Shown here: in pieces, positions 46,601-62,693 of the stretch
Layout: each line of letters begins with the position of its first letter
How positions within the stretch are numbered: position 1 is the stretch's first letter
Notes under the pieces: model-generated
Database searches by the model: none
What the model was told of the DNA's origin: nothing
What the model saw: the letters and a program-made list of their open reading frames with translations, nothing else
Position numbers and translations under genes: made by a program
Assembly (NCBI GenBank): GCA_046563655.1
Contig: CM102290.1
Span: 3,162,001-3,226,000, forward strand
Direction of reading: 5' to 3'
Source of the DNA: Yuukianura sp. NJ FZ-2021
Lineage: Eukaryota
DNA length: 64,000 nucleotides

Positions 46601-49161
46601 TTGAGTTAAATTTCGTTTGAGTTGCACTGCACTTGCATTCTAGCCCCAAAGTGTACTGCTGGTCCTCAATTAAACCCAAAATCCCATACAACCAATGTGG
46701 TTAAAACAGTAAATACAAACTTCCGTTTTCCTCTGCGTCAATAGTTTGAGAGTTTAACGGAAGCCAGTCAACGTAAAACAACTTCCTCAAAGTCAGTTCA
46801 ACTTAAGAGGGTGTAATGTTTACGTAATTCATAGACTTAAGAATACTACTTAATGATTCATAAAAGGTGACAACAGTTTAAATTAATGAGAGTTTACTTA
46901 CGACATTCTTGTTGGAACGTTGATTTAGAACCAAAGGAGACAACAATGTTGATGATCGGCAGTAGCAGAAGCAGTAGTGGTCAGTTCTGGTTCTGACCTC
47001 CATTTATGCCGTAGTCCTAAAGTGTTTGTTTCCTTAACTTGCACAACATGAGAGACACAGATTAGACAATCCTTAATTAAGTTCGTAATGACAATTAAGA
47101 ATTATGATTTAACTTGAAATGTTCACATTGTGTGTAGCGTTCCCGTTACCCGTTTTTACACAGTTTCCATTCTCATCCAAAACTGAAAGTATCAGGAGGA
47201 ATGAACTCCAAATCTCAAAAACTACACCCCAAAACAAAGTGGAATCTAAATCCAATGAAAGTGAATGACTTTCACACCCTCCAGTCCAGAACATCGGGTA
47301 TGAGTCCGACTCTGCGCCATCTAAACTATCGATTACTGGGATTAATAGGAGAATAACCCCACAAAAATGTTATGAGCTAACCTGAAAAAAAAATCAAAGA
47401 AAACGAAAACAATTTTGTTTTTAAATATTCTTGACATGTTCAAGCTCAGTCCATTAAACTACTTTATTTTTGTCATATAAACCTTAATAAGAGTAACTAA
47501 ATAGCAATAAATCTTAGTAATATGAATGTTAAGTCATCTCGCTTAAGCATTTAACCATGCCCAGTATAGTGTAATTAATTCATGTGTTAAACAGAATTTC
47601 TAGTAATACAGATACGCTTCTAATACAAAAAGTAGTAAAATCCCAATCAGCCAATCACAATTCACAAAGGTGTCAAACGTGTAATTTAATATTCACGTCT
47701 TCAGGACCTATTGCACAATTTATTACGACACAGTTAGGAATCAGCATATGTAATGATTGAAAAGTTTTACTAATTTTAGGTTGTCAATCATCTTCAGTAC
47801 ATTCAATTAACGTTAACAAGATTTGGTTGATTAGTTTTTTTTTTACTTTGTATTTGTATAATACATAATACGAATTTCCCTTTGTCTGTGTTTATGTTCC
47901 CCGTCATACCAGTCCATAATAAAATTTACTAAAAAATTTAGTAACTAACATCACAACAACGTCATCCAGTTCATAATTTTAAATAAACTCTGCTCTTTCC
48001 TTGTTTTGTTTTAGTTATGTTATACTTTTTAGTTATGTTTAATTCTCTACAAAAAAAAAATATTGCATTAAAATTTACTTAACTTATAACGATAATTTTC
48101 TTTTCTTGAAAGACACAATATGGAGATTTTTCCTGACGAGATTTGAGAAAATCAAAAAAGTAATTTTTTTTTTGGTTTTAGGTTAAATTGTTTTGTTATA
48201 GGCTGACCAGACATAAAATAAAATCAACGACTAAGAAGTAGTCATGACTTTGGAACGCTAACTAAATCAACTAACCAAGCGGGTTGAATAAAGCTAGCAT
48301 TTGATTGTCTGTCATGTGGAACACAAATTTAAGTTTTAAATATTGATAGAGACTTTTTTCTTAATTATGTTGGTTATTTCATAAGCAGTTAAGGTATTCA
48401 CTAGCTAACGTGCCTTGTTAAGGATTCGTACTCGTAGGCAACAAATATAGAGTCGAGTTAATAAATATCTAGTGAATTCTAACTCGCTTTTTAAAAAACG
48501 CTTATACATCTATCTAACTTTTAGTATTTTAATAATGTTTTGTATATTTTTTTTTACTTAATCGGTGGGAACTTCAAGGCAATTGTTAGTTAGCATTTAG
48601 TTATAAGTTTGTTCCTAAATTGTTCAAGATTTGTATAAATTTGGGTAAACTGAGCAAAGAACTGAAGGTAAACTGAACTAAATAGCTGTCTTAACCTGAG
48701 TTGAGAGCGATACTTAAGTCAGATACGATTTAGCAGTTTTGAACTTGGAATTAAGGCATCTTTTTGGTAAAAATTTCTAGTTAGCAAAAGTAACCCTATC
48801 AAGTCCATCTAATGAAAACTAAACGTTGGATTATCCTCTTCGCACACTCACCCGTTTGTAAAAATAACGAAATTGGACATTTCAAAAAAAATTAAGTGAA
48901 AAACTGTCTATAAGGTTAGCCTGTACGGAGGTGTTAGGAAGATAAAGGAATAATACGTTGAGGCTGAGAGTGACAATAGAATATTATACCAATCGAACAA
49001 CTAATACTATTACTTGTGATAATCAATGAATAATTCTAGTTGAAATATTACTATTTGGGTACTTACTTTTACGTAGCATCGATGTTCAGACAGGAGTTTT
49101 CGAATTTGACGATTACATGTAGAATAGAATGCAAGCAGTGAAGGTGAGTGGTAGTACAGAG

Positions 49162-51734
49162 CTACCATTCCTCGTCGTCATCTAGTAGAAATTCGTCTTC
49201 GAATTCTAGATCCAGGATGTTTTCGACAGTAATTTGAATGCTTGTCTGACGACCCGGGTTGAGGAGTCTACTTCTTGCCAGAACACCCAATTCATCTCCA
49301 ACCTAAGTACACGTTCGTATTAAACTTAAACCCATCAAAATGAGAAAGAACTTCATGGATATTCCAGTACTTACTAGTGCATCGACTAAAGCATTATCGC
49401 CCGAAGACGTTGAAGATGTCCTTCTGCCACGTTCGTCGATGGCATGAAGATAGAAACACTTCTCCCCAAACGGGCAAAATCCAGAGCCTCCAGCAAAATA
49501 CCGACATTTCTTGCTTCTGTACAAAATGAAAAAAAAATATAAGCGTACTTGAGAACAGTCCTTGCTGTCGTAAGTTATTTGATGACTGTTAAGAATTCTC
49601 AATTACCTCATCCCAGATTTATAGCTAGTGATCAATCGATCCTTCTCCACTTGGCTGTCCACCCAGAAGCGACTAGGGACGATGTAATCGGATGGTATTC
49701 GACAGACAGGGCAGCTTCGACCAACACGACTTTCAAATTCCCGCGCTCGTTGTCGCCAACTTCTGATACAACCGAGACAGAAGCAATGAAAGCACCCAGG
49801 AAGAATACCAAACCGCTGATCTCCAGGGGCCTCCTTGTCCATAATCACCTGCATTACAAATTAAAAGTTAAGGTAAATGTGGTAATTCCACTCTTTCAAA
49901 AGTTAAATTCAATAAAAATTGTCCGACTTTACGAATTCTATAAAAACCTTAACTTTACTTACATCGTAACAAATGTAGCATGTCTTCTCGGCAGTTGCGG
50001 CAACCGCAAATGAATATTCCATATCTCGTTCCATTTGCTCCAAGCAACTCTAAAAAAACAATTTTTTTTAAAAACAAAATCCGTTGACTCATTGTCGCGT
50101 TTTCAAAAGTTAGCAAGTTCTTGCCTTCTTATGGCTCGCTGCCTGCTCAGTGCACCGTGGATGTAAGGCGTTAAGACCGCAGTATTCGCAAGTGTTGCCA
50201 TGGACGAAACAACAACCGTCTCCATACCGGCATTCACCGATCAGACCATACGGGCATATTTCTAGATCAGCTTCCGCAACAGTCACTGTTCAGAGTTAAA
50301 CAACGTTGGCATCATTTTTAACTTTCTGAACTTTAACTGTCTCGTTGAAATAGTACGGAAAACATTTAGATATTGATATAAAGTCATTTGAGAAAAGACT
50401 TGTGCGTTGGCTATACTGTTTATAGAAATGTTTTCTACAACTACCTATACTTTCTATTCGGTGTACGGAACTTACGCCTTTCCCCGGAATTCCTTGGAGC
50501 AAACGGAATTGGCGTCGGCAGCAATGCCCCAGTCTGGATGCATTGAGCTCGTGCATTCCAAAGTTGCTCAACATCTATTAAAAAAAATGTCAAAGACACT
50601 GTACAAATCAAATATGAATTGAGTGATTGAAAATCTTGCAAACAACATTACCAATACCATGTTCGATGGGAGCATTCTCTAGACGTGGCAGTCCATCCAA
50701 GCGAGTTCTAGCCGTTGAAGAACCAACTTCATTGGGAGTAAGCACAGCGCTTCGACTAGTTGATCCAGAATTAGATGACCTGTTGCGCCGATCAGCAAGG
50801 AGCCGAGCTGGGGCGATTATGCTTCGTTCGGCATTCGACGAATTTTCACGGGACGGTACAATTGACAATGAAGGTGCAAAGCTGTTCCTTGGTATAAATT
50901 CAGGAGCGTTGACCCAGTTTGGAGATCTCAGTTCAATGGCTGAAGCAGGTTGAAGCGCTGTAACATCTTTAGAAAATACAAAATCTTTAGAATCTGTTTT
51001 TAGAATTAGAATCTGTAATAGAAGAAAGACTAACCTGCATTAGAAATACGTTTAAAAATTATAATTTTCCGAATACTTGACTTACCTTGAGTGACATCAT
51101 TATGCTCAGCAGGACTTGCATTTCCAATTTTATCTTTCTTACTGCGATTTTTTCCAGCCGTGAGTGTACTACTAACGGTACCTTCACTAATCGCCATACC
51201 CGAGGTAGATGGAACAACAACTGCAACTGGAGAGACCACACGGACAGGAACTGTCGGAGGAACTTGAACAGCATCGGTTTGAATTGATGGCGACAGAAGG
51301 GCCAGATTCGAAGTGCTTCTTGGAACGAATTCTGGTGCGTCCAACCACCCTCGTCTGCACCTTGGAACGAATTCCGGTGCCTTCGCCCATTCCTCCGGAA
51401 TTCGGAACATAGTTGTCCCTGCTGGTGCTCCAACCGAAATGGACAAATTGCCAGCATCAGCACTCCGACGAGGGTTGCGTTCTGTTCGTTCATTGACATC
51501 CCTGGTAAACAGAAACAATGATGTTAGTTAAACTGATGAATTATGGAACAATAATGTCTGGTGTTCCTCTTTTATGCTTTGGAATTAGGATTAAGGTTAT
51601 GACTTGTGATCATGTACACTTTCATTTACAGATGAACGAAGCGAAATAACAAAGGAATACATAAAATATTAAACACAAAGGGAGAATTCGTACGTGGTAA
51701 CGGTAAGAGACGATGGAATGAGATGACGATCCAT
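49162..51734 (-). CDS. Makorin-family RING E3 ubiquitin ligase
   Basis: C3H finger CPYGLIGECRYGDGCCFVH, makorin Cys-His motif CEYCGLNALHP, RING CYICYD...RFGILPGCFHCFCLGCIRSWR...CPVCR, and C-terminal C3H CRYFAGGSGFCPFGEKCFYLH. The start codon is inferred. Confidence 0.9.
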
Positions 51735-54037
51735 TCTGAAATTGCAAGGAATCGTAGCAGAGTTTATCGTGAACTGGAACGTCGTCCAGTTCAATGACCT
51801 AGTGTTGGCTGCTGTTGAATTTTAGGCAAAAACTGGTGATGGTTGACCTCTGGTGTGAACTGGACTGAAGAAAATCTTCGTACCTCTCGCCCTCTCAAGT
51901 CTCAACAACTGACTGAGAGCCACTGGAAAAAAGAAAAACTTTCGTTTAGAAACCAAGGAATAGCCGACTAATCCTCAGAACAAGGCAACTTTTCGACGTA
52001 TATCTTTTCGTTTTTTTTCCTCATACGACGTACTTGTCTTGAGTGCTACGATGATCTTCTCAAGTATTTGCATGTATTATTCTTTTCAAACAAAATAAAC
52101 AATTTAATGGCAAATAATTGGTGTGCGACGATGTCATAAAACTAACTGGCTGTTTAAAACTATCACACACAACCTTTGAGAGTCAAAGTTTCTAATCTCA
52201 GGGGTTTTTGAAATCAATTTTTTTAAATTGTAAATAAAATTTTACAGCTTATTTTTAACTCTGTTTTTAATAAAACCAGATTTGTAAACAGAAAACAAAT
52301 TTTCGTTTGGAAAAAAAATCTGGTTTAATTTTTAAAAAATTCAATTCGTGAATGTTCGGAAATGGTTTTGCTGCAAACATTCATTTGTCATATTTTTTCC
52401 AGCTTCTGCATATAATAAAATTGACTTGTCAAACATTTTACTACTAACTACTATTTTCGCATCAACTCCTAGCACTAGTGTACCCAAGCTTGAAATACTA
52501 CTGAAGTACTAGTATTAGCAGTTCAATTCATATAACTTTCAGCGTATCAACGTATGCTCATGGAACAAACTATTACCATGATTAGTCAATCCAATAATTC
52601 TTCGCACTGAGAAAAAAAAAACAACAAAAAAGGAGACAAATACACAAAATGAAACCGAAAACGGCGCGCGAATTCTCTTTTTGTGTCTCCTCCTTATTAC
52701 TTCTGCCTACAATTACAGCAACAACAACAACCTGCTGACTTCCTCTTCCGAAGTATCAGTTAGACGGCTGCACGTTTTACGGAAGCTAACACTAGTTAAA
52801 CTAAACCCACACCCAACCAATGTATTAACGTATTAAGTGTTTTATGTTATTACTTGCAATTATAATTATTACTACTACGGAATTTGAAACTTTTGGTTGA
52901 AATAACGAAAATTTCCAACTTAGTTAGCAGTAATCCCTATTCGTATCCTCATCAGAAATAAGAAGACAAACAAGTTGAGATGCAAGGTCTTGTAGGATTT
53001 TAGTTGAAGTGCACGTGTCTGGTATACAAGGACAGCAATGAGGCGTACGATATTCTAAAGGCGCTAAATCTGCTTGAATTTTTTAACCTGAATTGAACTT
53101 TTAACAAAACAAACAAACTAAAAAGCTAAACAAGAAAAACATAAAGGTCAAATACGTACAACGAACACGCAAAAACTAAGGTAAACGAAAGAAGACAACA
53201 CTTCAGAAATTTGCACATATGATCGCCTTCTAGCACAAGGACAGGGATGTCGAGGTCAAGGATTTACAAAAGCAACTACCGTGGACTTACCTCCAGGAAG
53301 ATGGCAGTTGAGTCTCAAACGAAGGAAGTAGTACTGGATACTGCCACAGAGATTCCACAAGTATCGCCGATCTCCACTAGTACATCACCTCCTCCAGCTC
53401 CTGCCTTATCCCTGTCCGCAGAGAAAAGAACACATTCTCGTCCGCCAATACTGATCACTGATGCTCCACTTGCACCCGGATACTTCCTTGTAGCTCGAGA
53501 GGTAGTGACGTCTGTTACGTAGTTTTCGACATGATCAAACTATTACTAACATTTTTTTCTGGGTTTGACAGGGTTACGATCTTCGTGTGATACAGGTTCG
53601 ATCAGATGGAAGTCAACAGTCAATAGATGAAGTATTTTATGAAAAACGAAAGAATCTTTGGAAGAAAAAGCAGAGCAAAAGCTGACAAGCGAATACGAAA
53701 CGCCTGGAGCCAATTTGTATCGTCGTCATGAACTAAAAACTTCAACATTAAGTAAGGCCCAATGTTGGCCAATGTTAGCTGTAACTGTAAATAATTTCAT
53801 GTAGGTAAGTCGTAAGCGTATTTTTTGTAAGTCTTAATACAGTCTGCTTAAGTCTAGCCGCACAACACGCTCTTAACTTTAAACAAGGAATGATTTAAGT
53901 TTAATGGTTTCCGTAGTACAAAAGGAGGTTCGAATCAATCTATGTTATGCTCTTTCAATAGTAAATTATAAATAGTTAATTTATTTTGGAAACGTATGTA
54001 TTAAAAATCTTTAATATAGTAAAACGGAAAAATGGAT

Positions 54038-54925
54038 TCAGTCAGTAACATGAGTACTTATTATTCGGACATCGTCAACTGGCCTGTCATTATGATCCGT
54101 CTCTACTTCAGAGATACGTTTCACAACACGCATTCCGGACCGGATTCGGCCAAATATTGTATGGTGTCCGTCGAGCCATTGTGTCGGTGCTGTCGTAATG
54201 TAGAACTGGGATCCATTCGTATCTTTCCCTGTATAATTCGGGCACATTAGTTAAACAGTCTTGAATAAGTTCGTTCTCCGTTATGAATCAGGTTTGTAAA
54301 AACATACCAGCATTTGCCATGGCTAAAATACCGGCTCCAGCATGCTTCAAATCGGGATGAATCTCGTCTTCGAAATACTTCCCATAAATTGACGCTCCAC
54401 CTAGTAGAAATTACGAAATCGCTTTCATTCAGCACTAAAAAAATAACCCGTACAACATTGTAGCAGTACAAAAAAAACGTACCACGTCCAGTTCCAGTGG
54501 GATCTCCACCTACAAAATCAGAAACATTACTTGTAGATTTGAGTACATTGGAAAACTGTACTCCGCTACTGTTTAAGTTTACCTTGTATCATGAAATCGG
54601 GAATGATGCGATGAAATTTGGTTGAGTTATAGTACTGACGACGGCATAATTCAGCGAAATTTGCACATGTCCTTGGTGCATGGTCCCAGTAAAGTTCCAC
54701 TTCCAGATCACCCATACTAAACCCCATAAATAAAGTTGAGTTAATTCTAGCACTCGTTGTTACAGTAAATTAAGCACTATTTATGAAATGGCAATACTGC
54801 TACCCCAGCAGATAGGTTTTAAAGACTTGTCCGTTGTCCCCTGTCCCCCTTGTCATTAAACATTGCAAACGAACTCACCTCGTAATGATATCCACCGTAG
54901 ACGGTCTTGACGTGCTCTGAGACAT
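54038..54925 (-). CDS. PPIL1: Peptidyl-prolyl isomerase-like 1 (spliceosomal cyclophilin)
   Basis: [60 protein letters not shown]...[16 protein letters not shown]...[11 protein letters not shown] over 5 exons. Confidence 0.95.
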
Positions 54926-55631
54926 CGTGTTTGAATTAGCTCACGACCGGAATTAATTGTAGATTCGAACTTACTCGTCGCAGCTTAATTTTATATTGTT
55001 TGAACCGTTGAAATTGAGAGCAAAACGTTTAAAAAATTAAAAAAAGAATGTCAATCAGCTGTTCGGTTCTACTGCATAAACTAAACTTAATTTCCCGCAA
55101 ATTCTAATTCAAACTTGAATTTTTCCCACGGTTCTCAATGTTCATTCTCCAATTTTCATAGCGTCTGTTCTGTTACGAGGATGAAAATTACTTTGGTTTT
55201 TTTTTTTGAAAATTCAAAATGTATTTTTGATTTCCTTACGAAAAGCGCAGTTATTAAAAAAATTTAACAGCTCGATTTTTTATTTATTAAAGCAAAGAAA
55301 TAGAAATGAGTAGCAAAGGTAATTAACATTTCTTCCTTTATCAAAGTAGAAAATATGTTCTAACTACCTGCTTTTGGTCCACTTGTGTGTCGTCCTGGTC
55401 CTGAATTCAAGTTGAAATTTTCATCGAATAATTTGAAAACTAAAAAAATTTCACCAATTAATTTAGGTAATTAATAGGAAAAACAGTAAACTATGTTAAA
55501 CTTTCGGAAGACTCTCATTACCACAAGAAACAGATAGAAACTGTTTTTAAAAGTAAAACAAAGAAGCATGTAGCAACTTACAATGGTTTCAAAATTGAAA
55601 AATAGCATTTGCAGAAATGTTTACACTTTTT

Positions 55632-56302
55632 TTAAATGATAGAACAGCATGGCTCTTTCTCATGCTTAGCCGGTCTCTTGACCTCCGGAGTCAATCCATG
55701 ACCTGGATTAATCTTTTGTTCTCGATCGTCGTCACGACGAAGTCCACAACTCATCTTGGTAGGAACTGCATGGCTGGCCTCATAAATAATTCGACGTGCT
55801 GGACAAAAGTGGCGGATTTGAATTGAATCCAGTTGAGAACGAAACTGACCGTCTTGTGACATTCCGCTAATCTCGGACTGGACAATCACGTGAGGCCTTT
55901 TTTGAAGTACTATTGCTGGAATTCCAAAGTTTTTGAACTTTTTTAAATTCAAGCATCCCAGAATTATGTTTTTAGATTTTAAAGCTTACGTTTCGAAATG
56001 TACTTTTTCCCGCCAAAATCTTCAAGTGCTTTGACCTTGCCTTCCTGTTTCACCTTTGACCTTGTAAACAACTCTCCGTTAGGCTCATCGTAACAACTGC
56101 AGTCATCTTCCATCTTGTTTACAAAAACTTCGTCCTGTCCGTCCGCCGGCGTGCGCTTAGCAAGATCATTTGTATTCTCCGTCGGCTGGATCCGAACTTC
56201 CCGAAGTTTGTTGGCCTCTCCGTTGATGATTTTTCTTGGATGAACGTCTCCTAGCAACGGCATCTTCAGTTGATGATGACCTGAGTGACCGTGACAATCC
56301 AT
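55632..56302 (-). CDS. Putative two-exon orphan protein (198 aa) ending in CaaX-like CCSII
   Basis: Exons 56302-55990 and 55915-55632 join in frame over a GTAAGC...CCAG intron (313+284 = 597 nt). No recognisable domain. Confidence 0.5.
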
Positions 56303-58775
56303 GGTTACTTGGCAATTTTAAGTTGAGGGCGTTGACTTGCTGACTTGGACGAATTCCAAACCGGACTGAGGGTGGTGGGAATGCTGCCTGGTAGTTTTAA
56401 GTCCATTGGGCAGTTGGAAATGAGGCAGAGACGGACGGTGCCGGTTGGACCCGGGAGGATTGGATCGTACGACGACTTTGTCCTTCCAGAAAGTCAGGCA
56501 CTGTTTACAATTGTAGTGCTAATCTGGGTTCTAAGACTAACATGATCCGTGTGAAAACGACCTTTGACTTTGTCAAGATCTTCAGACATAATGGTTCTAT
56601 TTTCAAACATTTCATTCCATCCATCCGACTCATTCGCGGTACAATGAAAAGAGGATATCCTCAAACCAGCCCTCACAAGTAAACTAGTCGTCAATTTCTT
56701 AAAGGCAATTAAAAAAAAACAAGCAAATCTTCATTAAAAAAAGTCGTCATTTTTATTCAAAAATTTGTACTCGAATTGAAAAAATTTTTGAACGAAACGT
56801 AGCTGTAAATTTTTAGTCCCATTCCAAAATTTTTTTTTAGTCTTTCGTACCTATGAGTAGTTATCACAATTCCGCAAAAATAAATTAAAACTTCCGCAAG
56901 TAAAATTATGAAGCTGAATATGTGACAATGTCGTAATGATTTGTATTCGCCAATTTTTCGGATTTCAGTATTTGAGGACATCTTTAGTAGGAATTTGCCT
57001 AACTTTGACATTGGACACCAAATTACTGAAGAGTTAACTCCGATGTTCGTTTTTTGATGACACCAGCAAAACTGGTGCCAAAGTGAGAAGCAATATTCAA
57101 TCGAAACATTTTCGTTAGCAGTATGGATATGCTGACGCAACAATAATTTTAAACTCACTAATTTATCCAAACAAAGAACACGATTAATTCGGTTTCCGAA
57201 TGAATCATCTTCCTTAACGTTATGCTTAGCCGCTAAACTTAGTTGTGGCGTTTCAGCCCATGTTCTTACAAATTGTGTTGGTTAAATTTTTTTTAAAGAA
57301 ATTGAATATCTACATCATCGGTGGTACGGTTTTTGAGTCATCAAGAATTTTGGAAGCAGTGACTCATACAAGTTAAACTCAACGTAGTTAACTGAACTTC
57401 ATTTTTTAAATTACGCATTTGATATTTTCCAAAGCAGTCCATACATCCTTCAGTTTTCAATCAGCGTAAAATTTCATGTTGTAAATGTTGAGTCTCATAA
57501 TTTAACTGTTTGCATAAGTTATGTACGCAGCATAATGCATAACAAATGCCAATTTTGAAAGTTGTTTTTCTAAAAGTTCAGAATGCAAATAGTAATCAAA
57601 AAAGTATCGTTTTCAAAACCAGAAATAAAGTTCTAAGCACGTTTCTCTGCTAACACTTTCCAAATCCTTTCGTTCGTGAATTTTTGAAAAGCGTTTGGTT
57701 CAAAATCCACCAATTAACGTTTTAAGTCAAATACAAAAAAAAGTACCGTTTCTCGAAACTTTTGAGTCTCAAAATATAAATAAACTCTTTAATTCAGCAA
57801 ATCCTTAGTATTTTGTGAGAACATGTAATACGCAGGTTCGAGCATCGGAAATCTTCGTTTACATGTTTTAAACTCTTCGCATTTTGCTTATGCTGCCTAT
57901 CCCTTGACAATTAACTTTCCAGTGAACCAATCCTTACATTTTAATCAGTAACATTTAAATTATTTAGAATAAGTAGAGAAAATTAGCCTAACTTCTAACC
58001 ACTTACTTAACAAATTATGATTAACTGAGAGGGCCCAATGTGATGTCAAACGAGTGCGCAAAAGGACACATGATTCCATGAGCATTTAGCTCTTAAAATA
58101 ACGTCCTGTCTTCTTAACATTGCGAACCAGCAGCACTACTCGCTCAATTTTACAACTAGAACATTATTGTGATTTGTAATAAATCGGGGTCGAAATCCGG
58201 CGTAATCAACTATTTCCGAAAAACTGAATTTTTCGTTTTAATTAGTCCCGAGATAGAAAATTGGTGCAAAACTGTGATACCCGCACTACTAAATAAAGTT
58301 TACTATTGGCTTGTATTTAGAAATGCAACCACTAACACAAACAATGGTGCTAGTTAATTAAAACATGGTTGCGTATATCTCCAAGAAGTTTTGCAACATT
58401 TATAATTGCACGAAATAACTTTGAAAAAGTTTTGTCGAATAAGAAACATTTTGAACATGCACACTTGCCAGTTCTACCAACTTAAATTGACTTTTTTTAC
58501 CAGCAGTTGCCCCATACTTGGATACTTCCTTTCCCTTCAATTCCTTTCAGAAAGATTCGAAAAGAATTTAAACATTTTAGAAATTTTCGTAAGTAATACC
58601 TCCGGATTTCGACCCATTTGTGATATTTTGCTAACCTAAAAAATAATTTCAAATTGATAGAAATAGATTAATAATAGTAACGCTTTGTATCAAGTTGTGA
58701 TATAAATAGGAGCTCTCCTCGACCATTTTCTTAATGATAAGATCGATTCAAACATTTAGTTCCATTCGCTCTAGT

Positions 58776-61045
<2,270 letters not shown>

Positions 61046-62693
61046 GATGGTGAGACACTGTCAAAGGTCACTGATTGACCTGGAAGGCGGAGTGAGTGGC
61101 GGAGTGCTGCTAACGGTCACAACGTTGTTGGTGTGTATGGAAGATAGTAAAAATCGGGTGATAGGACGCTTGGTTGTGTCCGTCTCGGTGGTCTTTATGG
61201 CCCATTTGTGTGTTCCGTGAGACTAGAGAGGGGAATTAGCACAAGCCAAACTCCCTTTACACGCTCTCACACTCTTACCCCGAATCCCCAATACTACATT
61301 ACCCGACCGAAGAGTCCTGCGCCACCTCAAAACTGTGTATTACTCAAACAATATCTTATTAATTTCATCGAAACATATCATTCTATCGATTTGGATATTA
61401 TCACTTTATCTTCTTAGGATAACCATATTTGAAATAAATACTTAACCTAGTGACCTGTGCCCAGTTATTTCTATTGTACGCTAGAAATCTTTCGTTTAAT
61501 CTTAAAGGAATCATTTAATTTTTACTTATTTTTTTTGTTTTCAGCTAACTTATTATTATGACTTATTTATTATATTTTAAGAATTAACAATGAAACTAAG
61601 AATTAGATTATGCATTAGCTCAGGTTAGAATTAAGGGGAGAAAAAGTTATTAGAAAGTGAGGAGAAAGTGACAAATTTTTTTAAATGTTTAAAGTCATCA
61701 AGCCCAACAGTATGCTTAAGTGGTTTACTATTTTTTATTCGCTTTGGATGTCCACTTCTTTTATTATAAACTGATCATGACGCATGACATTTACGGCTTG
61801 CGTTATGTATGCTTAATCAAAAATGCCGTTGCCTTGTTTTCAATTTAACTTTTACCAGGTTGCTACTGCGCAAAATTCCCGCCAAACTTTTGTGTAAATG
61901 ACAGTTTCGTGGGTGGAGCTTTACCTGTCTCCTTCTTCCCACACTTTTACTTTCGTTTCTCAACAGACCAATCACAATGTGAGCGCGGAGAGAGATGGAG
62001 AAGATGCAAATTTTAAATCACGGCGGGCAAGCGGGGGAAAATTTAACTGGGCACGTCCATATTGGACAATAGTAAATGGTCAATTTCATTTGAGAGACGA
62101 TTTAATTGATAATTCGTATTTGATTAATGTTGGCCGCTGTTCTCTTCCCAGAACTAAATTCATCTTTAAAAAAAAGTCTTCTAAAAATAAACTTATTGTT
62201 ACACAGACTACCGAAAAGAAAATATCCAAATTTTAATAGATGTCATTTCAGTACACTTTCACTTTCATCTGTGCGTGCAACTGCTTGAGGAAATGGAAAT
62301 AGCCTTCACGATTGTTCAATCCATTTACTAAACAATCAACTTCTACAGATCTCTCTTTTCTTAATTCCATTTTGCTAATTAAGTCAAACAAAGGCTATTT
62401 ATTTGATTGTTCTCTGATATAAATAGGACTAAATAGAAATGTTAAAGACATAGGAAGTAATATGAAGTACAAATGCAGCACTGAAACGTTTTGAAAATCA
62501 TTACCCTAAGTGGCTATGAGAAAAAAAAGTTTAGATATTCAGCGTCATTTCTTTCATTTGAGAGAGCAACAGTTTAAATGTCAAGTCTTTTAAAGTTAAT
62601 TAATAAAAAAGACGAGGAGATCTAAAGAAGAAGTAGGGACGCACACCATACCATAGCGTTGTTAATTGGTTGAGTAACTTTGGTTTTTGTCAA

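Noticed and set aside
53247..53522. 91-aa plus-strand ORF
   Set aside because: No homology recognised. A perfect minus-strand donor (GAG|GTAAGT at ~53290) suggests this is antisense to a non-coding 5' exon, probably of makorin.
56757..58639. AT-rich ORFs of 62-137 aa
   Set aside because: No splice-supported structure or motifs; composition is typical of intergenic or UTR DNA.
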